From Mobula hypostoma (lineage: Eukaryota), in NCBI RefSeq assembly GCF_963921235.1, contig NC_086097.1, positions 156,676,001 through 156,740,000 on the forward strand: a stretch of 64,000 nucleotides of DNA. The letters run 5' to 3'. Positions 62,865 through 64,000 of the stretch are shown in pieces (the first letter of the stretch is position 1; each line of letters starts with the position of its first letter). The translations under genes were made by a program, and so were the position numbers. Under the pieces are notes generated by a model. That model was given only the letters and a program-made list of their open reading frames with translations, made no database searches and had not been told where the DNA came from.

Positions 62865-63930
62865 TAGATATTGATATTGTATTGGGATGCATTTATTACT
62901 GTTATGTGTGCAAATATACAGTGAAAAGTGTGTCTTGCATGCCACTTATACAGCACAAATTATTACGCAGTACATTGAGCGAAACCAAGGTAAATCAGTG
63001 ACAATGCAAAATAAAGTGTAAAAGCTACTGAAAAGGTGTTGTGCAGGTAAACAGTAAAGTGCAAGATCGTAACAAGGTGGATCGTAAGGTCAAGGGTTCA
63101 TTTTATTGATACAAGACATCAACATACATTCATGAGTCTGAAAATAGTGGGTTGGAAGCTGTCTTTGAGCCTGGTAGTATGTGCTTTCAGGCTTTTGTAT
63201 CGTCAGCCCAATGGCAGAGGGGAGAAGAGAAAATGGTTCAGGGTGGGTGGGGTCTTTGATTCTGCTGGCTGCTTTAACAAGACAATGAGGAGCTTAGACA
63301 GAGTCCATAGAGGGGAGGCTAATTCCTGTGATGTGCTGAGCTGTGCCCACAACTCTCTGCATTTTCTTGTGGTCATGCGCAGAGTACTGGCATATCAAGA
63401 TGTTATGCATCCAAGCAGAATGCTTTCACTGGTGCATTCATAAAATTGATAAGAGCTGATGAAGATGCTGAATTACTTCAGCCTCTTGAGGAAGTAGAGG
63501 TGTTGGTGAGCTTTCTTGTCCAATACATCAATGTATTTGGACCAGGAAAGACTATTAGTGATGTTCTCAACTAGGAATTTGAAGCTCTCAACCCCCTCAT
63601 CTTCAACATCACTGATGTAGACAAAAATAGGTGAACCGCGACCCCTTTTTGAAATGAATGACAAACTCTTTTGTTTCGTTAATTTTAAGGAAAGTGTCAT
63701 GACACCATCTCCTCTATCTCCTATCTCTCCATATCCTTCCTGTACTCTGACTCATTATTACTTGAGATGGTTATCAACTGCAAACTTGTAGATGGAACTT
63801 GTAGAATCTGGCAACACAGTCTTGAGTGTTCAGTAGGGGGCAGAGAACGCAACTTTGTAGAGCGCCAGTGTTTAGAATAATTGTGGCAGAGATTTTGCTC
63901 CCTGTCCTTACTGTTTAGGTTCTGTTGTTC
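62865..63930 (-). mobile_element. Rex1/Babar-like LINE RT and 3' end, degenerate
   Basis: IYKFA(V)D near 63790 and VESFKFL..NITNSLSWS.....KKAHQHLYFLKRLK. Confidence 0.75.
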
Positions 63931-64000
63931 AGAATGTAACTGAGGGTTAGGTTCTGGGGGTATTAATAAGAATGAGGAGCCGGAGACTTCCGGTAGCGCT

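Noticed and set aside
63975..64000. CpG-rich GACTTCCGGT motif, possible start of a promoter or L1 5' end
   Set aside because: Cut by the window edge, with too little sequence to call.

Overview
Non-coding, transposon-dense vertebrate DNA, most likely from a cartilaginous fish (shark or ray). That assignment is inferred from the repeat families present: HE1/V-SINE-like and Deu-domain SINEs, several CR1 subfamilies and Neptune-type Penelope elements. I could not support any host protein-coding exon. Every interpretable ORF is transposon-derived: CR1, Penelope (RT plus GIY-YIG), RTE, Rex1/Babar, Hero-type RLE, L1, CsRn1-like Gypsy, Tc1 and mariner. The most notable structures are: (1) a family of minimal hammerhead ribozyme motifs in the Penelope 3' repeats, 3-4 with intact cores; (2) recurrent fold-back Penelope ends, two of which invert inside the hammerhead and one of which has its own TSD; (3) an L1 3' end with a twin-priming-type 5' inversion, a 13-bp TSD and a TT/AAAA site; (4) a compound mariner fold-back MITE whose two arms both carry the transposase C-terminus; (5) a full-length RTE with a TSD; and (6) two solo LTRs. 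Family names come from motif recognition, not database searches. Boundaries of old copies are approximate.
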